Assembly: GCA_945877765.1 (NCBI GenBank)
Contig: CAMDWQ010000011.1
Location: 2,641 to 66,640 of the forward strand
Origin: Candidatus Omnitrophota bacterium
GTDB lineage: Bacteria > Omnitrophota > Gorgyraeia > 2-02-FULL-51-18
DNA: 64,000 nucleotides
Reading direction: 5' to 3'
Both the position numbers and the translations under genes were made by a program. The notes under the pieces were generated by a model, which saw nothing but the letters and a program-made list of their open reading frames with translations, had not been told where the DNA came from and searched no databases. This document shows, piece after piece, positions 29,801 to 37,489 of this stretch (positions are counted from its first letter, which is position 1; each line of letters begins with the position of its first letter).

Positions 29801-30629
29801 TTTCATCGCGTCCACGCATGACACGCTCATGCTTTTCACCTCCAAAGGAAAAGCTTTCACGATTAAAGTACACGAGTTGCCCCAGGCCAGCCGTATTTCC
29901 AAGGGCAAATTCATCGCCAACTTTGTGTCTCTGTCTCAGGGAGAAAAGATTACCTCCTATATTCCTGTCCGGAAATTCGAAGAGGGTCAGTACCTGGTCA
30001 TGTGCACCAAGCTTGGTCAGATCAAAAAATGCGAACTGACGGATTTTGAAAACACACGCCGCAGCGGCATCATTGCTATCGGCTTAGATCCAAAAGATGA
30101 GCTCATCATGGCCGCTCTGACCGACGGCAAAGAAGAGATCGTCATCGCGACCCGTAAGGGCAAAGCCATCCGCTTCCCCAACAATGACGTCCGCAGCATG
30201 GGCCGCAACGCCGGCGGTGTGCGAGGCATCACTCTTGAAGATAAGGATTATGTTATCGGCATGGAAGTCGTCGACAAAAAAGCCAATCTTTTAACCGTCA
30301 CCGAAAAAGGTTTCGGCAAGCGTTCCGAAGTCGAAGAATACCGAGTCACCGGCCGCGGCGGCAAAGGCGTCACCAACGTCAAAGTCACCGACAAAAACGG
30401 CGAAGTCGTCGGCATGAAGTGCGTCACCGAGAAGTATGACTTAATGATTATGACGCAAACCGGCATGGTGGTAAGATGTTCAGTCAAAGACATCCGGGAG
30501 ACCGGCCGTGTCGCGCAAGGTGTGCGCCTCATTAACTTGAAGAAGGATAACGACAAAGTAGTCAGCATCACCTCCGTAGAGCCCGAAGACGACGGCGCCG
30601 CGGCAGCACCCGAAAAAGAACTCGTCTAA
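26802..30629 (+). CDS. gyrA: DNA gyrase subunit A, interrupted by an intein
   Basis: 1275-aa ORF with the GyrA N-terminus. The conserved AAMRYTEARL motif is split as AAMRY|C...HN|TEARL. Extein length is 828 aa. Confidence 0.95.
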   Translation: MAEQQKNSYTANEKIRSVFIEQEMKTSYLNYSMSVIVGRALPDVRDGLKPVHRRILFAMKELGLDHSRSYKKSARIVGEVLGKYHPHGDTAVYDTMVRMVQYFSLRYPLVDGQGNFGSVDGDSAAAMRYCVTGDTLVVTDKGLVPIADISPDQSEDISIKILSRDKKVNSAAKWFDSGKHRTLKVTTKGGYEIKATTNHPLLVWAGGEDGRPGFEWKLLGKLSPGDVVVIDRSDDLLWPQEYVDTKSFWPEVKSTRIVEKTLPVVLNEDLASLLGALVAEGTIKENKIEFCNSDEAWLNDFDEEWRRTFPDCRLHSFKRKPSSYGKKNYFTREIHSRHCVKFLRAIGLEPVRSKDKTVPDLIFRSPRRVVAAFLRAYFEGDGGVTSSGKKMVELSCVSVSEKLISQIQVILLRFGIVSAKRYDSYRKTYKLYIRGLENYRAFQKEIGFISTRKNTLLNSVIESYHKVCSSTDYVPFLSDFVRSHAGDDSTWSAKEFALKNNFDRYNNLSEKGDRVMLSVAVEERTHVQTLFENLLNYRYYFDPIAKIEDNGIQTVYSLRVDSACHSFVANGFINHNTEARLAGITDEILRDIDKETVNFAPNFDESLEEPTLLPATLPNLLCNGSSGIAVGMATNIPPHNLTEVCDAIAATIENPEIQTKELMKYIKGPDFPTGATICGTEGIKSAYETGRGIIKIRAKASIEEIRGSREAIVVTEIPYQVNKSNLIENIADLVNSKKIEGISDVRDESDKDGMRLVIDLKRDANSQVILNQLYKHTQMQNTFGIILLALVDGSPRVLKLKEIIIEYIKHRKVIITRRTIFDLAKAKDRAHIVEGLMKAVDILDKIIKTIRGSKTPAEAKVALVEKYEFSERQAQAILEMQLQKLTGLEIHKLEDEFKELLKKIAYFESILNSEKKVLEIVKEELADLKKKYGDDRRTDISRSIDLDMNMEDLIADEDVVVTISHQNYVKRLPVTTYRKQKRGGVGVGSGGIEEDFVEHLFIASTHDTLMLFTSKGKAFTIKVHELPQASRISKGKFIANFVSLSQGEKITSYIPVRKFEEGQYLVMCTKLGQIKKCELTDFENTRRSGIIAIGLDPKDELIMAALTDGKEEIVIATRKGKAIRFPNNDVRSMGRNAGGVRGITLEDKDYVIGMEVVDKKANLLTVTEKGFGKRSEVEEYRVTGRGGKGVTNVKVTDKNGEVVGMKCVTEKYDLMIMTQTGMVVRCSVKDIRETGRVAQGVRLINLKKDNDKVVSITSVEPEDDGAAAAPEKELV
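27189..28529 (+). mobile_element. GyrA intein (447 aa) with LAGLIDADG homing-endonuclease domain
   Basis: Begins CVTGDTLVV at residue 130 and ends VANGFINHN, followed by Thr(+1). Internal blocks LLGALVAEG and [11 protein letters not shown]. Same insertion site as mycobacterial GyrA inteins. Confidence 0.85.
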
Positions 30630-30635
30630 ATTTTA

Positions 30636-30710
30636 GACCCCATCGTCTAGCCTGGCTTAGGACATTACCCTTTCACGGTAGTAACACGGGTTCGAATCCC
30701 GTTGGGGTCA
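30636..30710 (+). tRNA. tRNA-Glu (TTC)
   Basis: GACCCCATCGTCTAGCCTGGCTTAGGACATTACCCTTTCACGGTAGTAACACGGGTTCGAATCCCGTTGGGGTCA has a 7-bp acceptor stem, anticodon loop CTTTCAC (TTC) and T-loop TTCGAAT. Confidence 0.85.
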
Positions 30711-30715
30711 AAAAA

Positions 30716-30758
30716 TCGCCTCCTTTACACAAGTAATTATGTGAAGGAGGCGTTTTTT
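30716..30758 (+). terminator. rho-independent terminator
   Basis: cgcctccttTACACAAGTAATTATGTGaaggaggcg followed by TTTTTTT. Confidence 0.75.
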
Positions 30759-31136
30759 TGCCCCCACGGGATTCTCCATAGGGGAAAACTTTCAGTTTCC
30801 CCCTCTTGGCGCCCGTCCTAATTGCCTATATCCCTCCTCGGCAAGCCTCGTCGGGAAATTTCGGGAACGGCCGGGCTGTCACCCCCTTCGAAAGGGATGG
30901 GCCTTTATCACAGGGAAGAGGAGAGGAGCCCTCCTTTTCCCTGTGCTACCCATATCCTCCCGCATCGGAATCGCTTCGCGATTTTTATGAAATTGTTATC
31001 AGGGCGCCAATGACATTATTAGAATAACGCGCCTTGTCAATGAGAGTAGATATGAGATATATTGCTTCTGCCTGGGGTATTGAAGGCGGGTGCATCCAAC
31101 GGGAGACTTGACCCATTTAATAGAGGGACAGAAGAT

Positions 31137-31607
31137 ATGGAAAGAATAGAAACGGTAGTTATTTCAATCTTGTCATCTGGATTAGTTTCATCCGGTCTTA
31201 CGTGGTATTTAAAATCAAGGGAACTCAGCGATCAAAGGCGTTGGGAGCTTAAACGCGAGGCATGTCTCGAAGCTCTCGAAATTATTGATGCTCGTTTTGC
31301 CGACTATGATTGGTGTAAATCTGGGGTTCCATCAAAAGTTGATATACAAGATGCGATATCAACCGCCAAAATTCGGTCTTGCGTCAACCGGCTTGTGGTT
31401 GCATGCAAAAGCGCGGAGGTTCCGAAACTTTTCAAGAAATGTCTCAATCTTGAAGTTTCTGGTGAGGATCTTTTACCGCTTAATATGGATGTGGTTGTGG
31501 ATTTGCGCAGCGCAATTCGAAAAGAACTGGGGTTCGGAAAAGAAGTGGATGCGGATAGGAAGAACGCGTGGATTACCTTCATAAATTGGCGACGTCCCAA
31601 ACCTTAA
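31137..31607 (+). CDS. hypothetical protein with N-terminal TM helix
   Basis: ATG at 31137 preceded by gagggacagaagat (RBS-like). MERIETVVISILSSGLVSSGLTWYL... has no recognisable domain. Confidence 0.4.
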   Translation: MERIETVVISILSSGLVSSGLTWYLKSRELSDQRRWELKREACLEALEIIDARFADYDWCKSGVPSKVDIQDAISTAKIRSCVNRLVVACKSAEVPKLFKKCLNLEVSGEDLLPLNMDVVVDLRSAIRKELGFGKEVDADRKNAWITFINWRRPKP

Positions 31608-31893
31608 GAGACTTGTTGCGGCGACGTCCAACCACTCATTGCACCAGAAGCGCCTCATCAGCAGGCTCCAATTCGGGGGACACGTAAAACAAAAGTGAAG
31701 GGGTCAAATCTCCTTTTGACTACTTGGCAATAACTGCCTCTGTACGGAATTTCTCATATAGCCAAGGGAGATTTGACCCCTTGTCCTTTCAAGTTAGCCG
31801 ATAGCTAAAATCTAGAATATTTTTTTGACGAAAAAGGCATCCTCCGTCGTCTAGTAGGGTAGAGATATCACCTATCAACGATCATTTGGAGGC

Positions 31894-32259
31894 ATGCTAA
31901 GTAGGCTATGGATCCGATCTCTTGTCCGGCGAGCGGATCTATGGTATATTTACATTGTAAATATATTGAATGAGATCCGATTCGCTTGGGATGAAGATAA
32001 GAACAAGCTCAACAAAATAAAGCATCATGTTTCTTTCGAAGAAGCCAAGAATGTTTTTTATGATGAATACGCGCTCCAATTTTATGACCCTGAGCATTCT
32101 CACTCAGAAGAAAGGTTTATGCTGCTGGGAATAAGTGATCGGCTTAGAGTGCTCTTTGTCTGTCATTGTTATTTGGAGAAAGATTCTATCATTCGAATAA
32201 TATCCGCACGCCGGGCAACCGCCAAAGAAAAGGCGTACTACGAAGGACAAATAAAATGA
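31894..32259 (+). CDS. brnT: BrnT-family (DUF497) ribonuclease toxin
   Basis: IRFAWDEDKNKLNKIKHHVSFEEAKNVFYD...ERFMLLG matches the BrnT F.WD..K...N..KH.V.F.EA..VF pattern. Confidence 0.65.
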   Translation: MLSRLWIRSLVRRADLWYIYIVNILNEIRFAWDEDKNKLNKIKHHVSFEEAKNVFYDEYALQFYDPEHSHSEERFMLLGISDRLRVLFVCHCYLEKDSIIRIISARRATAKEKAYYEGQIK

Positions 32260-32468
32260 GAAAAGAATACGATTTAACCAAACTAAAGAGCCGCCGTAAT
32301 CCATACGCCAAGGCGCTCAAAAGGCAAGTGACGATCCGTATTGGAAACGACGTGATCCATTATTTTAAAGAAATGGGCAACAAAACAGGAGTGCCCTATC
32401 AAAGCCTGATCAACTTATACCTGAGAGATTGCGTGGATTCTCATCGTGTGTTGAAGTGGGCTGCGTAG
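32256..32468 (+). CDS. brnA: BrnA-family antitoxin
   Basis: ATG overlaps the brnT TGA in an ATGA context. MRKEYDLTKLKSRRNPYAKALKRQVTIRIGNDVIHYFKEM... is a CopG/RHH-like BrnA fold. Confidence 0.65.
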   Translation: MRKEYDLTKLKSRRNPYAKALKRQVTIRIGNDVIHYFKEMGNKTGVPYQSLINLYLRDCVDSHRVLKWAA

Positions 32469-32722
32469 TTCTTGATTGAAGATGAACGAATAAAAGTAAA
32501 AGGGGTCAAGTCACCCATTGACCGCACCCCTCACTTATAAAAAAAGGAGCACCCCATGCCCGAAGGCGGATTCTTAGTAAAGTTTGACGGTAAAGAAGCA
32601 TTTCGCTGCTATTTTGTCTCGTTTGATTATGACCAGCTGCAATATACCGTCAACAACAAGGAAACGCATAAACTTCCCAAGGTGAAAAATATAACCATTA
32701 CAAGAGAAGATGACCCCATCTC

Positions 32723-34183
32723 TTGAAACTGCTTAAAGCACTCGTTATAGGAATTCTTTTTTTCCAACCGGTCTATGCCTCGCAAGCCGACATTCAAAAT
32801 ATTCCATCGTCCGAATATTTCTCCACCGCTCTCACTGAAATTTCCCAGGCGAAAGAATCGATCTATGTTGTCATGTATCTTGTCTCTTTCGACCCCGCCA
32901 ACCCCAATACCAAAGTCTCCCAGCTTTTAAAAGCGCTGGTCGATGCCAAAAATAGGGGAGTCTGGGTCCAAGTTATTTTTGATCAAACGATTGATTTTGC
33001 GGAAGACCAGCGGCCTGCGGAGGGATATAGAAATAAGAATGCCCCGGCGTTTGAATATTTACGGGCCAATCAGGTGGAGGTTTTCTATGATACCGAAGGG
33101 ACTTATACGCATGCCAAGGCGATTGTCATTGATCGGGAGATTTCGCTATTTGGCAGCAGCAACTGGTCCCGGGCGGCGCTGACTAAAAATAATGAAGTCA
33201 ATGCGATGGTGCGTTCATCCGAATTTGCGCAGGATCTTATTGATCAATGGGGCAAGATTGAACTTCAGCCCAATGTTGCGGTGGTAGCCGCGCCTTCTGT
33301 CAAAATCCCGCGGGATTTTCTGACCAATCCTGCGTTGTTCCAGGAAATGATCTCTCACGGCGACGAACGCGCTTTGGATGTCTATCTTTACCTCTTGAGC
33401 CAGTACCGCCAAACGGCGGATTCAAAAGTGATTCTGGATTACGACGACCTTGCGTCTTCTCTTGCCATGAGCGGTATGGCACCCGTAGATTATCGCCGGC
33501 AGATTACCAAGACCCTTTCAAAGCTAAAGGGAAAATACCGTCTGATTGATTTCCAAAACCCGACTCATGGCCAAAACGCCCAAATCACGCTGAAAGCTCC
33601 GGAGGCCGCCGATTCTTTTGATCTACCACTCACTTACTGGAAATATCACTGGCCCCAAAAACTTTCATTTCCCGCCAAGGTTATGTATCTCATTTTAATT
33701 TCTAATACCGATCTGGCGTCACCCAGTTTTACTATTTCAAGAGAAGGCCTCGCTAATGAATTTTCCATTTCAAAGTCTTTGATTTCAGACGGCACCAGAG
33801 ACTTAAGATTCCAGAACCTGCTCGACATTCAATATTCCCCCATGGACCGCGAAGATTTTTCCGACAGAAAGCCCAATAGCTACACTCCCACCCCGCTGTA
33901 TGACCCGTCAGCCCTTCAAGAATCCATAGCCGCTCTCGGCCAAAAAGAAGGACAGGCCAAACTCGATCGCGCCCTGAATGCCGCCTCCCAGGTTTTCGCC
34001 CAAAACAATCTATCTGCGATCAAATCACTCCTCGACCTCGAATCCCAATACGGCCCCGCCATCATCCACCAAGCCGCCCAAAAAATAGGCGAAAAAAAAT
34101 CCGACAACCCCAAACGATCCATCGCCTATCTAATCGCCACCATCAAAAGCATGGCCCGAATATACCGTACCCCGTCCCCATGA
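32723..34183 (+). CDS. secreted phospholipase D-family (HKD) nuclease-like protein with long C-terminal extension
   Basis: Signal peptide MKLLKALVIGILFFQPVYASQA, then the HKD motif HAKAIVIDREISLFGSSNWS (H.K....D...GS.N). The last codons are supplied by a MITE terminal repeat. Confidence 0.65.
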   Translation: MKLLKALVIGILFFQPVYASQADIQNIPSSEYFSTALTEISQAKESIYVVMYLVSFDPANPNTKVSQLLKALVDAKNRGVWVQVIFDQTIDFAEDQRPAEGYRNKNAPAFEYLRANQVEVFYDTEGTYTHAKAIVIDREISLFGSSNWSRAALTKNNEVNAMVRSSEFAQDLIDQWGKIELQPNVAVVAAPSVKIPRDFLTNPALFQEMISHGDERALDVYLYLLSQYRQTADSKVILDYDDLASSLAMSGMAPVDYRRQITKTLSKLKGKYRLIDFQNPTHGQNAQITLKAPEAADSFDLPLTYWKYHWPQKLSFPAKVMYLILISNTDLASPSFTISREGLANEFSISKSLISDGTRDLRFQNLLDIQYSPMDREDFSDRKPNSYTPTPLYDPSALQESIAALGQKEGQAKLDRALNAASQVFAQNNLSAIKSLLDLESQYGPAIIHQAAQKIGEKKSDNPKRSIAYLIATIKSMARIYRTPSP

Positions 34184-34262
34184 CCCAAAAAGGGACACGT
34201 TAACTCACGAGAGAGCATGGATTTTTTTGTTCTTTTTGACCCGCTCAGGGTTGGGGCATATA
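34167..34262. repeat. partial copy of the 177-bp MITE (left arm plus core only)
   Basis: ccccgtccccatgacccaaaaagggacacgttaac...ggatttttttgttctttttgacccgctcagggttgggg.atatactga matches 55076-55175. The right terminal repeat is absent. Confidence 0.65.
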
Positions 34263-34381
34263 CTGACTATGTTGACCCCGCTTTAAGGTCACAATTTGTG
34301 ACCTTGAATGCTTGGCCTCTGACAGGATCCACCCAAACTTGAGATGCCAATTTGGCATCTCAAACTTTCTAGCTGATACCT

Positions 34382-34858
34382 TCAAAAGCGCTTCGGCGGT
34401 TCTTCATTTTTGGGTTTATCCTCCACGAGCATTTTGATCGCTTTGAATACAACCTGAAACTGCTGGTCGTATTTTTTCTCCAACTCATCCACGCGGATTC
34501 TTAGGTCTTTGTGAGTGATTGCCAATTCACGTAATTTCATAAATGTGCGCATGATCTGGATATTTACTTGTATAGCCTTCTTACTATTTAAAACGCTGGA
34601 GAGCATCGCCACGCCTTGTTCTGTAAATGCATAAGGGCTTGCGCGGCGAATGCCACCCCAACTTGAAATCACAAATTGTGATTTCAAGTTCTCAAATTCA
34701 TTATTCGTTAGCTGAAACATGAAATCATCTGGAAATCTATCTTTATTACGCTTAACCGCCTGGATCAGTGAACGAACTTCTACATCGTAAAGCTCTGCCA
34801 AGTGGGTACTGAGCATGACTCTTTGGTTTCTTAGTGTAAAAATATATTTTTCTGTCAT
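34382..34858 (-). CDS. ORF6N-domain protein (paralogue 1)
   Basis: ATG at 34858 with AAGGAGGG RBS. LRNQRVMLSTHLAELYDVEVRSLIQAVKRNKDRFPDDFMFQLTNNEFENLKSQFVISSWGG is ORF6N-type. Confidence 0.6.
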   Translation of the reverse strand: MTEKYIFTLRNQRVMLSTHLAELYDVEVRSLIQAVKRNKDRFPDDFMFQLTNNEFENLKSQFVISSWGGIRRASPYAFTEQGVAMLSSVLNSKKAIQVNIQIMRTFMKLRELAITHKDLRIRVDELEKKYDQQFQVVFKAIKMLVEDKPKNEEPPKRF

Positions 34859-35156
34859 AAAACCCTCCTTACCATACAGGACGACACAGACCCCCTTTTT
34901 CGTCAAAAAAATATCAGGATTTTTGCTATCGGTTAACTCATTTCCAACGGAAATTGGAGGTCACAATTTGTGACCTCCAATGTTGGGGTCTGTGGAGGAC
35001 TGCTTCAGGGATTTGAACCGGTCACAATTTGTGACTAGTTCGTTTTGGCCATTGGTCGAGACGCGAGTACAGATGACACATTTTTTCATGGCGGTATTTG
35101 CGCGAGCCGTCCCAACTTGATGTCCCAAATTGGAACATCAAGCCTGCAAAATATCC

Positions 35157-35693
35157 TTACTCTGGCCTCGCGTGAAATCCAATAGTCCTTTTTCGTTTCT
35201 GTTTAAGAGGCTCTTCAATCTCTTTGATCGTTTCGAACACCACTTTAAACTGAGAGTCATATTTCCTCTCAAGTTCTTCGATCTTCTTCTGAAGGTCCTT
35301 ATGATTCAGGATATATTCTTTTAGCTTGGTAAATGTGCGCATAATTTGAATATTTACCTGGATGGCGCGCTTGGAGTTAAGAACCGAGGATAACATCAGA
35401 ATTCCATGCTCAGTAAATACCCTAGGCCTTTTACGAAGGCCGCCCCAACTTGATGTCCCAAATTGGGATATCAAGTTTTTGAACTCCTGTTCACTGAGCT
35501 GAAACATAAAATCCTCCGGGAAGCGATCGGAATTTCTCAAAACATTCCGGTTTAATATACGTGTTTCCACGTCGTAGAGGGCGGCAAGGTCTTTATCAAA
35601 CATTACCTTTTTGCCTCTGATGAAATATATTCTTCTCTCAATCGTGTCATGAGAAAGAAACGTTGAAACCTGGATAGATTTATTTTTTTGCAT
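35157..35693 (-). CDS. ORF6N-domain protein (paralogue 2)
   Basis: ATG at 35693 with GGAGG RBS. IRGKKVMFDKDLAALYDVETRILNRNVLRNSDRFPEDFMFQLSEQEFKNLISQFGTSSWGG aligns with paralogue 1 over its whole length. Confidence 0.6.
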   Translation of the reverse strand: MQKNKSIQVSTFLSHDTIERRIYFIRGKKVMFDKDLAALYDVETRILNRNVLRNSDRFPEDFMFQLSEQEFKNLISQFGTSSWGGLRKRPRVFTEHGILMLSSVLNSKRAIQVNIQIMRTFTKLKEYILNHKDLQKKIEELERKYDSQFKVVFETIKEIEEPLKQKRKRTIGFHARPE

Positions 35694-35821
35694 GGTAAGT
35701 CCTCCTACTCTACTTGACGACACAGACCCCCCTTTTCGTCAAAAAAATATCAGGATTTTTCTATCGGTTAACCTATTTCCAAAGGATTGACCGTCCCGAC
35801 CCAGGCGGGTAGACTGTCTGC

Positions 35822-36214
35822 ATGCCCCAATCCACCTCGAAGAGTCCTGCAACTGACATCATTAGCCTCCAGAAAAAAATCCTCCAATTCCGTGACGCCC
35901 GCGATTGGAAACAATTCCACAATCCCAAAGACGTAGCCCTCTCTCTAGTCTTGGAAGCCACCGAGGTCATGGAACATTTCCAGTGGAAAACTCCGGAAGA
36001 AATTAAAAAATACCTCCAAACCCACACCCCTGACATCGCCGCGGAATTAGCGGATGTTTTTTATTGGGTGCTTTTGATGAGTCATGATCTGGGGATTGAT
36101 ATGGGGGAAGCTCTGGAGAAAAAATTGAAAGTGAATGCATTGAAATATCCCGTCAAAAAAGCCAAGGGCAAGCACAGTAAGTACAATAAGGCATTCAATG
36201 GGAGGGGACGATAA
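35822..36214 (+). CDS. MazG-like nucleotide pyrophosphohydrolase (small all-alpha NTP-PPase)
   Basis: LQKKILQFRDARDWKQFHNPKDVALSLVLEATEVMEHFQWK...ELADVFYWVLLMSHDLGIDMGEALEKKL: the E..E...E..D metal-binding arrangement of MazG/YpjD-like proteins. Confidence 0.55.
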   Translation: MPQSTSKSPATDIISLQKKILQFRDARDWKQFHNPKDVALSLVLEATEVMEHFQWKTPEEIKKYLQTHTPDIAAELADVFYWVLLMSHDLGIDMGEALEKKLKVNALKYPVKKAKGKHSKYNKAFNGRGR

Positions 36215-36218
36215 GCAC

Positions 36219-37037
36219 ATGAATCTCACAAAAATCTCGCAAAAGATTTGGCAAATAGCCGGTCTTGTCGCGTGCGCTTTATTTTTGTTAGGCACTTTGG
36301 CGATTGTTGTTGGCATCGGTTTTGCGGTTTTTCAATATAAAACACATCATGTTAATGGCATTGCGGTAGACCCGATGGAGGACAAGGGAAACCTGAAAGT
36401 CACAGCTGAATATGGCTTGCCTTTGCCATTAGAAGGGTCCGATTTTTATATGATTCCTGTCACGCTTGAAAAGAAAAAACACGGACAAGCGCGGGAAGCG
36501 TTTAGCGAAGTAGCCTATAGAAGTAGGTATGATAGCTATAGTAGCGGCAGTTACTCCTCTTATTCGTGGGGGCCTTATTACAACCTCGTGTTTATCAACA
36601 AGAAAACAGGTGAATCGCGGCCACTTCTTACTCAAAAAGGGTTTATCAATGGCGTTTATTTGCCCGAAAAAAAATACGATAAGAAAGACACTGAAATCAA
36701 ACCAACATTTCTACTGCTTAAGATTGCTACCGCGGACACGAATAATGACGGTGTGATCAACGAAAAAGACGCTTCTGCGGGATTTATTGCCAGCATCGAT
36801 GGGACAAAGCTGACGCAAGTCACACCTGATAATACTCAAATGAAATGGTGGTCTTATGATTTGGCCTCACAAAGACTTTTTGTGGAAATAATTCATGATG
36901 TAAACAATGACAAAGAGTTTGATTGGGATGACCCGCAAACAGTTTTAAGCGTAAACGTTCTCGACCCAAAAATTGCCCAGGAATTTGTTTCGGCAGAAAT
37001 TAAAAATAAAATCGAAGCATTACTGCTTAAAAAATAA
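36219..37037 (+). CDS. hypothetical membrane-anchored protein
   Basis: ATG at 36219 after a GGGAGGGGA RBS. One TM helix (IWQIAGLVACALFLLGTLAIVVGIGFAV), a Ser/Tyr-rich low-complexity stretch (SRYDSYSSGSYSSYSWGPYY) and a DTNNDGVINEKD Ca-binding-like loop. Confidence 0.4.
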   Translation: MNLTKISQKIWQIAGLVACALFLLGTLAIVVGIGFAVFQYKTHHVNGIAVDPMEDKGNLKVTAEYGLPLPLEGSDFYMIPVTLEKKKHGQAREAFSEVAYRSRYDSYSSGSYSSYSWGPYYNLVFINKKTGESRPLLTQKGFINGVYLPEKKYDKKDTEIKPTFLLLKIATADTNNDGVINEKDASAGFIASIDGTKLTQVTPDNTQMKWWSYDLASQRLFVEIIHDVNNDKEFDWDDPQTVLSVNVLDPKIAQEFVSAEIKNKIEALLLKK

Positions 37038-37489
37038 GCGGAAGCTGACCGATTTTAAACCGGGCAATACTCAAACTACTCCCAAAAGAACTGCGTTAGA
37101 GGGGTTTTTTACTAACCTGGTCTTTTTTGGTGACTAGGGACATTATCCCGTTGAGATACCGTGGATTCTTCCCAAGTAGTCAAGAAGAGACTTGACCCCC
37201 GTTTCATGCTCGCAAAACACCTAATATTTATCAAGAGATTTTTATAAACAACTACCATTAAAAGGGATAGAATATACTCCAAAATAAACGAACCCACGGT
37301 CGTATAAAAAATGAAACAACAAACAGGGCGGCTAGCTTTCATTAGGCACCCATTTGGGACAAGGTCCGGCGTATAATCGCGACACTAGTACAAGATCGAT
37401 TATTTTCCTCCCACGCTCTTCCTGACTGGTTAGGTCGATTACAAGTTTCATTTTCCAATCCCACGAAGTTTTCCTATCCCATATCGAAT

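Noticed and set aside
27153-30571. Antisense ORFs within gyrA (27153-27697, 28206-28756, 28998-29474, 30248-30571)
   Set aside because: They sit inside the GyrA and intein coding region.
32723-34183. PLD-domain protein as the DrmC component of a DISARM system
   Set aside because: It has a signal peptide (exported), lies >3 kb and several unrelated genes away from the helicase operon, and is on its own transcription unit.
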